Assembly: GCA_017885655.1 (NCBI GenBank)
Contig: JAFNFQ010000032.1
Location: 1,258-65,257, forward strand
Length of the DNA: 64,000 bases
DNA from: Methanobacteriota archaeon
GTDB taxonomy: Archaea > Thermoplasmatota > Thermoplasmata > RBG-16-68-12 > JAFNFQ01
Direction of reading: 5' to 3'
Positions 8,637-19,441 of this stretch are shown piece after piece (position 1 is the stretch's first letter; each line of letters begins with the position of its first letter). The position numbers and the translations under genes were made by a program. A model generated the notes under the pieces. That model did no database searches. It was not told the DNA's origin and saw only the letters and a program-made list of their open reading frames with translations.

Positions 8637-11600
8637 GTGTCCGGCGTCTTGCTCGCTTCATTAATCGGCTTCGCCAAGAATGTCTCGAGCATGGACGTGC
8701 CGCCAGAGGTCGTCTCCGTCTCGCCGGGAGTCGACGCGACGAACGTCTCTGTCCTCGCGAACATCTCCGTCGTCTTCAACAAGCCGATGAACGCGACGAG
8801 CGAGAAATGGAACATCACCCCATTCGTTCCTCTCAATTCCTCTTGGTGGGACACCTCGACGCTGAACCTGACGCACACAGTCCCGATGACGCCGGCGACG
8901 AGCTACGTGATCTGGGTCACGGCGAACAACACGGCGGGCACCCCGCTGAGGCGCTACTACCACAAGTACACTTGGCGGTTCACCACGGACTGCGGGGGCA
9001 CCTGCGTCGTGCAGACCTCGCCCGCCGACGGCGACAGGAATGTGGATCTCACCGCCGCAATCGTTGTCAAGTTCAGCCTCCCGGCGGATGTAGTCACCAT
9101 CTCGTTCTCGATCGTGCCGCTCGTTCCAGGCCTGACTTATGCATGGGCGCCTGGGAACACCATGGTTACGCTGAACCACCCCTCGCCTCTGGAGCTCTGC
9201 ACGGCGTACACGGTAACCATCGGCGGAGTCGTTCCCGGTTCAGTCCCGAACCCGTGGACTTTCACGACCGCCTGCCCCGGCGCCACCTTCATCGACGTCG
9301 CGGCGAGCAAGGGCTTCACGGGGATCGACGGGAGCTTCTACGCCTGGGGAGACTACAACCGCGACGGGAACGAGGACCTGCTAATCGACGGCAAGAGGCT
9401 GCTCAGGAACAACGGTCCGCCGAACTACGACTTCACCGAGGTGACCGGCGAGGCGGGCATCGGGGGCACATCAATCAACAACGGCGTCTGGGGCGACTAC
9501 AACAACGACGGCTGGCTCGACTTCTACGCCCCCGGCGGCGGTTGGAGCACCAACGCGGGTCCGAAGGCCCCCTGGGACATACTGTGGATGAACAACGGCG
9601 ACGGGACCTTCACCAACGTCACGGCTGCGGCGGGAAACGTCAAGGACATCTATCCCTCCGTTGCGGCGGGCTGGGGGGACTACGACAGAGACGGCTTCAT
9701 AGACCTCTATGTGGCGAACTACGAGAACGCCGCGATGACCTCGGGCTATCCCGACCGGCTCTGGCACAACGACGGCGATGGCACATTCACGGACGTGACG
9801 AGCTCTGCCCGCATCCTCGACTCGGGGCCGGTGAAGCCGGGGCGGGGAGTCGCCTGGGGCGATTACAACAACGACGGCTGGCTCGACGCCTACATCAGCA
9901 ACTACCGCATCACCGCCAACTATCTGTGGAAGAACCTGGGGAACGGCCAGTTCGTCGATGTCGCTCCTAGTCTGAACGCGACCGGCTGGTATCAGACCGA
10001 CAATCTCTGCTACGATTACAATTTGCACGCAACATATGGGCGGCAGTACGCGCACACGATCGGGTCCGCCTGGGCAGACTTCGACAACGACGGCGACCTG
10101 GACAACTTCAACGCGAACCTTGCGCACAAGTCCGTCGGGAACACGTCCATCCCTGGACTGCCGTACGACATGCGCGGCTACATCACTGACGATTCGCGCC
10201 TCTTCAGGAACGACGGCCCGCCGAACTACAACTTCACCGATGTCAGGGAGGCCGCGGGCATCACGCTCAAACCTGTCGGCGGCACGACCGCTGACCTCGT
10301 CGACAGCCCGCTGGCGCCCTGCATCCACAACCCCTACAAGGGGGACGAGCTGTTCAGCAACGTGATGTGGGCCGACTACGACCTCGATGGCTGGCAGGAC
10401 CTGTGGATACCGCAGGTCTACGACATCAGCTACGCGTACTCGTTCCTCTACCACAACAATGGCGACGGCACGTTCTCCGATGTCACCACAGCCGCAAACG
10501 TCCGGGTCTGGGTGGACGGCTATGCCGGCGCATGGGCGGACTACAACAACGACGGGTTCCCGGATCTTATCACGAGGGGGATTTACCCTGAATACAAGGC
10601 CCCCTACACGCGCGCGATCCGGCTGTTCGAGAATCAGGGAAACACGAACTCATGGCTGCAGGTGAAGCTCAACGGCTGCACCAGCAACGCCGCCGCGATA
10701 GGAGCCCGCATACTCGCCACCGCCAACGGCATGACCCAGATGAGGAATGTCGAGGCGGGCTCGGGCAGTCATTCGCAGATGAACTCCCTGGTGCAGGAGT
10801 TCGGGTTCGGCGATTATCACGGGACGGCCGACCTCCTGATTCGCTGGCCCAACAATAACACGCAGGCCATGACCGCCGTGACCCTCACCCAGCTGCTGCG
10901 CGTAAATGAACCCGGCTGCGACGTCCCCGCCAGGGTGCCCTATATATCTGCGGGGGTTTCCGCCGGGACGGGCGCAGACGTGGTCCTCACCTGGGATAAG
11001 GCGATGGGAGACGATCCCTGGGCCATGAACGTTACCGAGTACGCAGTCTACTACGGCCTCTCATACGACCCCAGCGCAACCTCATACAGCTTCCTGGGCA
11101 AGGTTCCCGCGGGGACGACGACCTTCACTCACGTAGGCGGCGGTGTCGGCGACACCAGGACCTACTATTACTCGATACAGACGAACGGCACGGGCGGCAC
11201 GATCCGCAGCACCGCGCAGGCGGTGAAGTTCGCTAAGCAGCTCTCGCCGGGCGAGCAGCTGCTCTCGATTCCGGTGCCGATCTCGAACTACTCTCTGGAG
11301 AGCGTGCTCAGGGGAGTCTCTTTCACCCATGTCCGCATCTATGACGGGACCATGCAGGACCCGTGGTTGTCCTACGCCCGAGGCCGCCAGTTCAACGACT
11401 TCGATTCGTTCGTCCCGTACCAAGCCTTCTGGATTGGCGTCGAGGTTGGACTTCTTCCGGGATATTTCACGGTGGCGGGTCCGATCATCCCGACAACTAC
11501 GATCCATCTGAGGGCCGGCTGGAACTTGGTTGGGTACACATCCACCCTGTCCAGGGATGTCGCGAGCGCGGTTGCGGGACTCGGCGGCAACTTCAGGGCG

Positions 11601-11735
11601 ATGGAGGGCTACGATTCCTTCGCAGCGCCGTACTTCCTCAAACGAATGGGGCCAACAGACTCCATGCTCGGCGGCGAGGGCTACTGGATCTATGTGGGCT
11701 CAGACGCTGACTGGACGCTCTCGTTCGCGCCATGA
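8637..11735 (+). CDS. large secreted protein with FG-GAP/VCBS-like repeats and an ASPIC/UnbV (CRTAC1-like) domain. GTG start
   Basis: Repeated motifs WGDYNNDGWLDFY / WGDYDRDGFIDLY / WADYDLDGWQDLW. A later segment NQGNTNSWLQVKLNGCTSNAAAIGARI is typical of ASPIC/UnbV. Hydrophobic N-terminus. Confidence 0.75.
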   Translation: MSGVLLASLIGFAKNVSSMDVPPEVVSVSPGVDATNVSVLANISVVFNKPMNATSEKWNITPFVPLNSSWWDTSTLNLTHTVPMTPATSYVIWVTANNTAGTPLRRYYHKYTWRFTTDCGGTCVVQTSPADGDRNVDLTAAIVVKFSLPADVVTISFSIVPLVPGLTYAWAPGNTMVTLNHPSPLELCTAYTVTIGGVVPGSVPNPWTFTTACPGATFIDVAASKGFTGIDGSFYAWGDYNRDGNEDLLIDGKRLLRNNGPPNYDFTEVTGEAGIGGTSINNGVWGDYNNDGWLDFYAPGGGWSTNAGPKAPWDILWMNNGDGTFTNVTAAAGNVKDIYPSVAAGWGDYDRDGFIDLYVANYENAAMTSGYPDRLWHNDGDGTFTDVTSSARILDSGPVKPGRGVAWGDYNNDGWLDAYISNYRITANYLWKNLGNGQFVDVAPSLNATGWYQTDNLCYDYNLHATYGRQYAHTIGSAWADFDNDGDLDNFNANLAHKSVGNTSIPGLPYDMRGYITDDSRLFRNDGPPNYNFTDVREAAGITLKPVGGTTADLVDSPLAPCIHNPYKGDELFSNVMWADYDLDGWQDLWIPQVYDISYAYSFLYHNNGDGTFSDVTTAANVRVWVDGYAGAWADYNNDGFPDLITRGIYPEYKAPYTRAIRLFENQGNTNSWLQVKLNGCTSNAAAIGARILATANGMTQMRNVEAGSGSHSQMNSLVQEFGFGDYHGTADLLIRWPNNNTQAMTAVTLTQLLRVNEPGCDVPARVPYISAGVSAGTGADVVLTWDKAMGDDPWAMNVTEYAVYYGLSYDPSATSYSFLGKVPAGTTTFTHVGGGVGDTRTYYYSIQTNGTGGTIRSTAQAVKFAKQLSPGEQLLSIPVPISNYSLESVLRGVSFTHVRIYDGTMQDPWLSYARGRQFNDFDSFVPYQAFWIGVEVGLLPGYFTVAGPIIPTTTIHLRAGWNLVGYTSTLSRDVASAVAGLGGNFRAMEGYDSFAAPYFLKRMGPTDSMLGGEGYWIYVGSDADWTLSFAP

Positions 11736-11923
11736 CCCATTGGGATTGGACGAGAACGGGTGGCCTGTTCGATGCTCGTGCCAAATCGGATATATCTAGA
11801 CGCCGAAATGCACGACCAAGAAGGTCTGAGGAGGGGACGAGGTCCCGCTGGCCCGTCAAGCGCTGGCGATGGGCGGGGGGAGTATCGCCTTCCTCTCTCC
11901 TTCCTAATTTCGGGTTGAGGACA

Positions 11924-13720
11924 ATGAAGAGGTTGACGAGAGGATCGCTGGCCGTACTTGTCGCGTTGGCGATGACCGTCCAGATTGGCGTCAGGTCGAT
12001 CCCCATGGTCGCGGCGAACGGAAACGAAGGCCACATCTGGCTCGATTGCGACCCCGGAGCGAGGGCGCGTGATGGAGGATGGCAGGCCGGCGGGATTGTA
12101 TGCCTACCTGGCCCGTATGAGCCCAACGCCGTTCTGGAGTTCGACCTGATCGTGATGAACAGGGCGAACGACGACCTCGCAAACCTCGAAGTATTCCTTG
12201 CGATTCATGGGCTGGGCACCGATGGTCCGCCGGAGAACCACCCCGAATTCGAGACGACCGCAGACGACATGGCCAGCGTTACGGTCGAGACTCAGAGCTT
12301 TGTCATCGCCGACTTCTCCAGCACACTGGAGAACCCGTTCGACGAGATGTGGGGCGGCCTGCACTCGGTCTACGTCGGCGACGACGCCATCTGGACCGCA
12401 TACTTGCATGCACCGGAGGTCCTGCTCGCCGGAGAGACAATCCGCCTGCATGTGACGGTTGTCCTCGGGCCGAACCCGAGCCCGCTCTTCGAGATTCACT
12501 TCGATGCATGGGACAAGGACGCGGACGAGAAGACGCCAAACGGTCACGATGTCACGCTCGCCTCGAGGGGTGTCCAGGGTAACCAACCGCCAGAGGCCTG
12601 CTTCACGTTCATCCCCGGCGACGTCGTTCATGAGGGCGACCTCGTCGCAATGGATGCGTCATGCTCGAGCGACCCGGACGGCAAGGACGACATCGTGAGC
12701 TACGAATGGGACTTCGATGTCGACGTGGACAGCGACGGCGACGGTATCACAGAAAACGACATCAACGCGGTCGGACCGCATGTGAGTTTCATCTGGTTCG
12801 ACGACTACAAGAGCACGGTCAAGCTCACAATCGCAGATTCAAACGGGAACGCTGACATCACTTATGGGACAGTCACGGTCTTGAACCTCCCGCCAGAGGG
12901 TACGTTCGAGGGCGGGCTCCTTGAGATCGAACTTTGCATCCGCATGGCGGGGAGCAAGTGGAGCAACGCCGAGGCGAAGATCTGGGAGAGCTACGACGAG
13001 ATCGCGGGCCATGGCGACAGGCTGATCGCGGACATAGAGGTGGAACGCTGGCCGGGCCCGCCAGACGAGAACCCGACGTCCACCAGCGATAGCTGCGTTC
13101 CTCTGATCCTGGACGTAACCGGGACGTACGACTACACGGCAGTTGTGACCTACGACCCGTTCCCCGACAATGGCGACGCGATCATGGGCGACCAACCGAA
13201 CAACGGCAAGGACCCGAACAACAACGCTGGGAATCCCCTGTGGCTGATCTGCAAGTTCCCCGATGGCACGGAGTGCAAGTGGCATCACACCTTCAACACG
13301 CAGCAGTCGATAATCAGGGACAGCAACCACTGGAACCACGTCGAACCGTGGATCGTCCCGCTGAACTTCGGACTGGTGGCGGGCGCGCCCATCAAGTTCA
13401 TGGCGAGCGCGACCGACCCCGGCACCGACGACCTGACGTTCGATTGGGATTGGGGGGACGGCTCCTCGGACAGCACGACTTACCTTTACGACGGTGTCAG
13501 AGGACCTGACCCCGCGTACCCGCCAGGCAGCCCGTATGAGCCTTACGCGCCGCCTCTCGGCCTGAACGACCCTGCTCCTCCGGTGTACGCGACGAACACG
13601 ATGTTCCACACCTACGCCACGCCGGGCGACTACACGGTCGCCCTGACGATGACTGATGACGACGGCGGAGTCTGGACGTACCAGACGACCCTGACGGTGG
13701 TAGACACCTTCTGCATGTAG
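11924..13720 (+). CDS. secreted PKD-domain protein
   Basis: Signal peptide MKRLTRGSLAVLVALAMTVQIGVRS. PKD-like units SCSSDPDGKDDIVSYEWDFD and TDPGTDDLTFDWDWGDGS...YATPGDYTVALTMTDDDGG. Confidence 0.75.
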   Translation: MKRLTRGSLAVLVALAMTVQIGVRSIPMVAANGNEGHIWLDCDPGARARDGGWQAGGIVCLPGPYEPNAVLEFDLIVMNRANDDLANLEVFLAIHGLGTDGPPENHPEFETTADDMASVTVETQSFVIADFSSTLENPFDEMWGGLHSVYVGDDAIWTAYLHAPEVLLAGETIRLHVTVVLGPNPSPLFEIHFDAWDKDADEKTPNGHDVTLASRGVQGNQPPEACFTFIPGDVVHEGDLVAMDASCSSDPDGKDDIVSYEWDFDVDVDSDGDGITENDINAVGPHVSFIWFDDYKSTVKLTIADSNGNADITYGTVTVLNLPPEGTFEGGLLEIELCIRMAGSKWSNAEAKIWESYDEIAGHGDRLIADIEVERWPGPPDENPTSTSDSCVPLILDVTGTYDYTAVVTYDPFPDNGDAIMGDQPNNGKDPNNNAGNPLWLICKFPDGTECKWHHTFNTQQSIIRDSNHWNHVEPWIVPLNFGLVAGAPIKFMASATDPGTDDLTFDWDWGDGSSDSTTYLYDGVRGPDPAYPPGSPYEPYAPPLGLNDPAPPVYATNTMFHTYATPGDYTVALTMTDDDGGVWTYQTTLTVVDTFCM

Positions 13721-13794
13721 AGGCACGAGCCCGCTCTCGGATGTCACCATTCCATGCGGCTGGCCGTAGGCTCCCCGCGGCCATCGGAGGTCAG

Positions 13795-15933
13795 ATGACC
13801 CGCAAATCCATAAATAGGCCATCGGAGAATCGAACAGCGGTGCAAGGCAAGGCAATCGCGCTCACGTTCTTGTTGGTCCTCGCGGCGTGCGCATACCTGA
13901 TGCCGAACCATGTTCGGGCGGCCCAAGCCGAGGTCAACGACATCTTCCTGATGATAGACGACTACACCAACGACTCGATCGTGGACGCTTGGGCAGCTCT
14001 CAACTTCACCAAGGCGCCAATACCGCCGCCGAGCCAAGTGGATGACATCCTCTTCGAGTGGTTCGCGCCGGGCGGGGCGATGGTGAACCGGGAGACCGTG
14101 GATCCGAACGACCAGGCTTGGGCCCCGAGCAGCTTCCGCGTGACGCAAATCGGGCTGTGGACGGTCAACGCCACGTACACCACGAACACGAGCGTCCACG
14201 AGAGCCTGAGCTTCAACGTCCTGCCGAAAGTTTGGGGTCCCGGACAGGTCATGCTCGGCCTCACGACGGTTGTCGGCAGGACCGGCGAGCTGACCATAGC
14301 TCCGGGGACGGACGTCCGGTTCCCGATAGGTGGGGCATTGCGTGTTCAAGGGAAAATCACCGCCATCGGGACCAGCGGCCAGCCCATCGTCTTCACGTCG
14401 AACGAGTCCGCTCCTGTTGCGGGAGACTGGAACGTCATCTCCTTCCTGGAGACAGCCGACAACTCATCGCGGATATCCGAGGCCCTGTTGAGTTACTCCA
14501 CCGGGGGAATCAGGATCAAAGGCGCCTCGCCTGCGGTGGACAACGTGACATTCTCGGACAACGTCGAGAGCAGCATAGACGCAGAATACTCGATGTCGTC
14601 ACTTCGCGACCTCACGATTGCGGGAGGCGCCTACGGCATCGACCTTGCAGGCTGCACACTGGATGTGACCTCCGTCACGATCACCGGTGCAAGCTACGGA
14701 TTGCGGTTCCAGGGGGGCGGCGGGCTCGTCTCGGACGTGACTGTCGCAGGGTCGGCGCAGACAGGATTGCTGGTCAACGGGGCAACGGTGTCCATCCGCG
14801 ATTCCGCATTCAGCGACAACCAGATCGGGATCAGGGCGGACGCCTCGACGGTCACCGCCGAAGCCATCTCAATCTCCCGCGGCTCTGTCGCGGTGCAGGC
14901 AGTGCAGGGCGCGAGCGTTTTCGTCTCGAACTCCTCGATAGTCGACGCGGGCCTTTGGCAATATTCGGCCTCGGGGTCCTCGAGGATTTTCGCGCGCAAC
15001 GTCCAGCTGAGCCCGCCGAGTCCGATTGAGCGGGACATCGCGGACACGTCCCTGCTCATCATCCAGAACTACCTCTGGGTGACGACGAGGTCGTTCGACA
15101 CCGGCCTCGTGCTCTCCGGAGCGACGGTCGAGGCCTTCGGAGACTCGGTCCTTGTCGCCACGCTCCGCACGGGAGCGAGCGGGGAAGCCGGACCAATCGC
15201 CCTCACATACGGCAGCTACGACGCAACGACTTTCATCAGGAAGACGACTGTCGTCTCGGTAAGCCTGGCCGGTTACGTTTTCGCGAACAATAGTCGGATA
15301 GTGAACATGGCATCGAGTCATTCCGAGACGTTCAACGGCAGCATCCACGACTACGACCGCGACGGGAACCCCGATTTCAACGACTCCGACGATGACAACG
15401 ACGGGCTGAGCGACCAGGTCGAGCTCCAGATAGGCACCGATCCCCGCAACGCAGACACGGATCACGACGGGATGCCGGACAAATGGGAGTACGACGAGGG
15501 GTTCGACCCGACGAATCCCGCAGACGGCAACTGGGACGCTGACGGGGACGGGCTGTCCAACAAGCGCGAGTACCAGTACGGGACCGACCCGAATAATCCG
15601 GACAGCGACGGCGACGGCATGCCGGACGGCTGGGAGGTCAGGTACGGCCTGAACCCGCTAGACCCGACAGACGCGAGCAAAGACTCGGACTTCGACGGCT
15701 ACTCGAACCTCGATGAGTACCTGAACGGAACGAATCCCCGGAGTGCTGAGTCCCGCCCGCCGTACAACCCGAACCTCGGCCTCCTCGGGGCCGGGGACTA
15801 CTGGCCCATCGCCCTGGTCCCCTTGATCGGACTCTGCCTGATGGTCGTCTTCATCGTGCTACTCTACCTCCTGTCAGTGCCGCGCAGGAGACGAGGAAAG
15901 TCACAACCGCCAGAGCTCGAAGGGGAGACCTAG
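13795..15933 (+). CDS. surface protein with a right-handed parallel beta-helix region, thrombospondin type-3-like calcium-binding repeats and a C-terminal TM anchor
   Basis: Signal peptide. Beta-helix repeats. Tandem DxDxDGxxD motifs (DSDDDNDGLSD, DTDHDGMPD, DADGDGLSN, DSDGDGMPD). C-terminal YWPIALVPLIGLCLMVVFIVLLYLL followed by RRRR. Confidence 0.7.
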   Translation: MTRKSINRPSENRTAVQGKAIALTFLLVLAACAYLMPNHVRAAQAEVNDIFLMIDDYTNDSIVDAWAALNFTKAPIPPPSQVDDILFEWFAPGGAMVNRETVDPNDQAWAPSSFRVTQIGLWTVNATYTTNTSVHESLSFNVLPKVWGPGQVMLGLTTVVGRTGELTIAPGTDVRFPIGGALRVQGKITAIGTSGQPIVFTSNESAPVAGDWNVISFLETADNSSRISEALLSYSTGGIRIKGASPAVDNVTFSDNVESSIDAEYSMSSLRDLTIAGGAYGIDLAGCTLDVTSVTITGASYGLRFQGGGGLVSDVTVAGSAQTGLLVNGATVSIRDSAFSDNQIGIRADASTVTAEAISISRGSVAVQAVQGASVFVSNSSIVDAGLWQYSASGSSRIFARNVQLSPPSPIERDIADTSLLIIQNYLWVTTRSFDTGLVLSGATVEAFGDSVLVATLRTGASGEAGPIALTYGSYDATTFIRKTTVVSVSLAGYVFANNSRIVNMASSHSETFNGSIHDYDRDGNPDFNDSDDDNDGLSDQVELQIGTDPRNADTDHDGMPDKWEYDEGFDPTNPADGNWDADGDGLSNKREYQYGTDPNNPDSDGDGMPDGWEVRYGLNPLDPTDASKDSDFDGYSNLDEYLNGTNPRSAESRPPYNPNLGLLGAGDYWPIALVPLIGLCLMVVFIVLLYLLSVPRRRRGKSQPPELEGET

Positions 15934-16760
15934 GCGAATTCCTGGAGCAGACCCTCAACAGTGTCCGGCCCGGCCTTCTTCGCTTTCACGGCTAGTGAGT
16001 CAAGCAGCTCGTGCAATGTCGGTGCCTCGATGTCATAGAGCACGCCCGTATAGGGGGTCTCCGACCACGCGAGCTTGAGAGCCGCGAGCCTGTCCTTCTT
16101 GTCGTGCTCGGCAGGGACCTCCTTCGCGTTCTGCTTGAGCTCGGGGTAGGTGTTGTGGAATGTCACGCACGGGCTCAGAACCTGGACGAACGAGAATCCC
16201 TTGTGAATCATCGCATTGAGCACGATCTGCCTCAGCTGGCGGGGATTGCCGCTGAATCCCCGCGCGACGAACGTGGCGCCGACGGTTATCGCGAGAGCGG
16301 CAGGGTCGACTGGGGTCTCGATGCTCCCGTAAGGCGTGGATTTCGACACGAGGCCGGGAGCCGCGGTCGGGGACGCCTGCCCCCTCGTCATCCCGTAGAC
16401 CCCGTTGTCAGTCATGAGGTAGAGGATTTGCGGGTTGCGCTTCAGGGTGTGCAGGAAATGGTTGCCGCCAATCGCCAGGCCGTCTCCGTCACCGCCGACG
16501 GCGATGACCGTGAGCGCGGGGTTCGCGACCTTCGCCCCAAGCGCGGCGGGAAGAGCACGCCCGTGCACCGTGTGCAGCCTGAACGACTTCAGGTAGCCGG
16601 GGAGCCTGCTCCCGCAGCCGATACCCGCCACGAGCACGACGTCCTGCGGCCTCGGCTTCGTGGTCTCGAGCGCCTTGGCGAGCGCGTCCAGGGCGGCGAA
16701 ATTGCCGCAGCCCTCGCACCACACAGGCTTCAGTTCGCTCCTGAATCCGCCTTCAGCCAT
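15930..16760 (-). CDS. korB: 2-oxoacid:ferredoxin oxidoreductase beta subunit (TPP-binding)
   Basis: WCEGCGNFAALDA and VGGDGDGLAIGGNHFLH...LYLMTDNGVYGMTRGQ. Confidence 0.85.
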   Translation of the reverse strand: MAEGGFRSELKPVWCEGCGNFAALDALAKALETTKPRPQDVVLVAGIGCGSRLPGYLKSFRLHTVHGRALPAALGAKVANPALTVIAVGGDGDGLAIGGNHFLHTLKRNPQILYLMTDNGVYGMTRGQASPTAAPGLVSKSTPYGSIETPVDPAALAITVGATFVARGFSGNPRQLRQIVLNAMIHKGFSFVQVLSPCVTFHNTYPELKQNAKEVPAEHDKKDRLAALKLAWSETPYTGVLYDIEAPTLHELLDSLAVKAKKAGPDTVEGLLQEFA

Positions 16761-18459
16761 TGCGAGTCACCCCCCTCAGATGATCAGCGATTTCCCCCGC
16801 GGTGAACGGCAGGCCGATGTACTTGTCGATGGCCTTCGTCGAAATGCCCAGCTCGGAACGGATGAGCCTCGCGCACTGCCCCGTCCGATTGAGCTCCGCA
16901 ACGAACACGTTCTTCTTCCATTCGAGGAACTTCATTATGGGATCCACGGGCAGAGGCCACAGCATCTTCAGCTGCATTCCGTGAACAGGCAGGCCTTCTT
17001 TCGCGAGGCGATCCACCGCCTCCATTATCACACCCTCGGTCGATCCCCAGCCGATGATGCCCGTCGACGCCTCCGTGTCTCCGAAAGTCCTGACGAACCT
17101 GTTCGCGTCGACCTGAGCTAGCTTGCGGAACCTCTTCTCCGTCATCTTTAATCGGGTCTCCGGCGTGTACGAGGGGAAGCCTCTCTCGTCGTGCTCGATG
17201 CCCATCGCCGCGTACATTCCGTTCTGGCCGGGGATGGCCATCGGCGAGACTCCGGTCTCGGTCACTCTGAATCGCCGGTACTCCCCGAGCGCCGTTTCGT
17301 CGGGGATGAGACGGTTCCTGACCGGGACCCGATCCATTTCGAGGGCGGGCACCGCCTCCAGTCTATGCGAGAGGGCTAGATCCGCCAGCAGGATGACAGG
17401 CATCTGACACTCCTCCGCGAGGTTGAACGCTTCAATCGTCATGTAGAAACAATCCTCGACGCTGGACGGTGCGAGCACTATCCGCGGCGATTCCCCGTGG
17501 CTCGCGTGCACCGCAAGAAGCAGGTCAGATTGCTCCGTCGCGGTGGGTATTCCCGTGCTCGGCCCGACGCGCTGCGAGTCGACGATGACGCAGGGGACTT
17601 CCGCCATGCTCGCGTAGCCGATCAGCTCCCCCATGAGCGAGAAACCCGGACCCGAGGTGGCCGTCATCGCCTTCGTCCCGGTGAATGATGCACCGATCAC
17701 AGCTGCGAGGGCTGCCATCTCGTCCTCGACCTGCAGCACCCTCCCGCCGAACCGAGGGAGCGTCTCAGAGAGATATTCCAATATCTCGGAGGCCGGGGTT
17801 ATCGGATACCCGGCGAAGAACCTGCACCCTGCAACAATAGCCCCGAGAGAGATCGCCTCGTTGCCGGAGAGAAGCAGCCTTGCAGGCGCGGAAAGAGCAG
17901 GCGCGATCTGATTGACATGCCGCCAGCCCTTCTCCCCGCAGAAGTCCCAGCCCGCCTCGAACGCTCCGACGTTCATCTTCAGGGCCTCGTCCCTCTTCGC
18001 GTATCGCTCCTGGAGCAGTCCCTGGAGGACGTCCTTGTTCACGCCGAGATATCGGGCGCATACTCCGAGGACCGCCATGTTCCTCCTATCCGCCCCGAAG
18101 CGCCGCGACAGCTCTGAAATTGGCGTGGGAAGGACACTCTTCGCGGCTTTTGCGAATTGGGCCGCCTCGGCATCGACGAGTATCACACCATCCGGAGCCA
18201 GGTCTCCCTGGTTGTTCTCCAGCTCCTTCTTGCTGAATACCGCCAGGAACTCAGGCCTGTCGCCCTGGCTCAGGGCGGGGCCCGAGCATATCCTCGCCTG
18301 GTACATGACGCTCCCGCCGCGCACCTCCGTCGGGTACGAGCGGAATGTGAAGACGTTCAGGCCGATCCTGACGCATGCCTTGATCAGCGTGTCACCCAGG
18401 GTGTTCACTCCATCGCCCGCCTCCCCTGCGAAGCGGACGACGATGTCGGTGTCTGCCAT
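16753..18459 (-). CDS. korA: 2-oxoacid:ferredoxin oxidoreductase alpha subunit (fused gamma/alpha type)
   Basis: VVRFAGEAGDGVNTLG at the N-terminus, then the pyruvate-flavodoxin oxidoreductase core domain. 4-nt overlap with the beta subunit. The likely start is Met21 of the ORF (18459). Confidence 0.85.
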   Translation of the reverse strand: MADTDIVVRFAGEAGDGVNTLGDTLIKACVRIGLNVFTFRSYPTEVRGGSVMYQARICSGPALSQGDRPEFLAVFSKKELENNQGDLAPDGVILVDAEAAQFAKAAKSVLPTPISELSRRFGADRRNMAVLGVCARYLGVNKDVLQGLLQERYAKRDEALKMNVGAFEAGWDFCGEKGWRHVNQIAPALSAPARLLLSGNEAISLGAIVAGCRFFAGYPITPASEILEYLSETLPRFGGRVLQVEDEMAALAAVIGASFTGTKAMTATSGPGFSLMGELIGYASMAEVPCVIVDSQRVGPSTGIPTATEQSDLLLAVHASHGESPRIVLAPSSVEDCFYMTIEAFNLAEECQMPVILLADLALSHRLEAVPALEMDRVPVRNRLIPDETALGEYRRFRVTETGVSPMAIPGQNGMYAAMGIEHDERGFPSYTPETRLKMTEKRFRKLAQVDANRFVRTFGDTEASTGIIGWGSTEGVIMEAVDRLAKEGLPVHGMQLKMLWPLPVDPIMKFLEWKKNVFVAELNRTGQCARLIRSELGISTKAIDKYIGLPFTAGEIADHLRGVTRNG

Positions 18460-18552
18460 CGACTCTCTCTCCGAGTGCGGCAAGTCGGACATTCTCATAA
18501 GACTATGCCGTGAGCACAATCCGTGCGGTCCCGAGACGAACCGCTGACGATT

Positions 18553-19059
18553 TCACTTCAGAAGGTCGACTCGTGCGACTCTCTCCAGCACGAGGTCACA
18601 AGCCTTCTCCTTGCCGACGGTCTCGATTTCCTCTTTGGCGATCCCAAAGGCGGCGAGCTTGGAGATATCTCCTTCGAGGACGCCGTCGTCCCTTTCGATG
18701 TCGAGAGACTGGAAGACATCCGCCAATTTGGACTGTTCCGATACGACGACGGCTACGCGTGTAGTCGCTGCCTTGACCCCCATTTTCTCAATCGCGCTGG
18801 AGAGCTGCCTTTCTCCCGAGGCATAGAGCATGACCTCGAGCATCTTTGTCGTTGCAGCGTTCCCTCCTCGCTCGAACGCCCGAGAAGCATGCTCCAGCGC
18901 GCTCTCGATGTGGACCTTGCCGAGAATCAAGTCAGCGTCCATGAGCAATGTCTCTATCCCGAGTCTGGCGGCAAGCACCTTTGATTCTGAGAGCAATCCA
19001 TCAGCTTTCCCGGCCGGTATCCTGCCCCCGCCAATGCCCGCGCCCGCCACGTCTATCAC
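18553..19059 (-). CDS. cgi121: KEOPS complex subunit Cgi121 (probable GTG start overlapping the stop of the upstream gene)
   Basis: KMLEVMLYASGERQLSSAIEKMGV...LAAFGIAKEEIETVGKEKACDLVLERVARVDLL aligns with archaeal Cgi121 (e.g. MJ0187). The long ORF's N-terminus overlaps the neighbouring gene, so a shorter GTG start is proposed. Confidence 0.6.
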   Translation of the reverse strand: MIDVAGAGIGGGRIPAGKADGLLSESKVLAARLGIETLLMDADLILGKVHIESALEHASRAFERGGNAATTKMLEVMLYASGERQLSSAIEKMGVKAATTRVAVVVSEQSKLADVFQSLDIERDDGVLEGDISKLAAFGIAKEEIETVGKEKACDLVLERVARVDLLK

Positions 19060-19433
19060 TTCGCCCCCATCTCGTCCCAGGCGTCGTACAGTCTCCTGAT
19101 GTGCGGAATCGTAATCGACCCGCCAACGATCAGCCCTAAGTTGACGAGCTCCTCCAGTTCCTTCTCGGTGATCCCCTCTTCCCTGCAGCGAATCAGGTGA
19201 TAGAGTATGCAGTCGTCGCACCGCAGCACCAGAGACGCCACGAGTTCCATCATCTCCTTCGTCTTGGCGGGGAGCGCGCCTTTCCTGTACGCCTCGCTGT
19301 CGAGCGCGTAGAACCTCTTGATCTTCAGGCTCGCGTGCCTCATCACGATCTTGTTGAGCCTCTCCCTCTCTTTCTGGAACTCCTCGACCCGGTGCCTATG
19401 CCCGCCCTTTCCTGCCTCTTCCTTCATCTTCAT
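19056..19433 (-). CDS. carboxymuconolactone decarboxylase (AhpD-like) family protein
   Basis: CDDCILYH motif characteristic of the CMD/AhpD fold. ~125 aa from MKMKEEAGKG. Confidence 0.65.
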   Translation of the reverse strand: MKMKEEAGKGGHRHRVEEFQKERERLNKIVMRHASLKIKRFYALDSEAYRKGALPAKTKEMMELVASLVLRCDDCILYHLIRCREEGITEKELEELVNLGLIVGGSITIPHIRRLYDAWDEMGAK

Positions 19434-19441
19434 TCCTCCGC

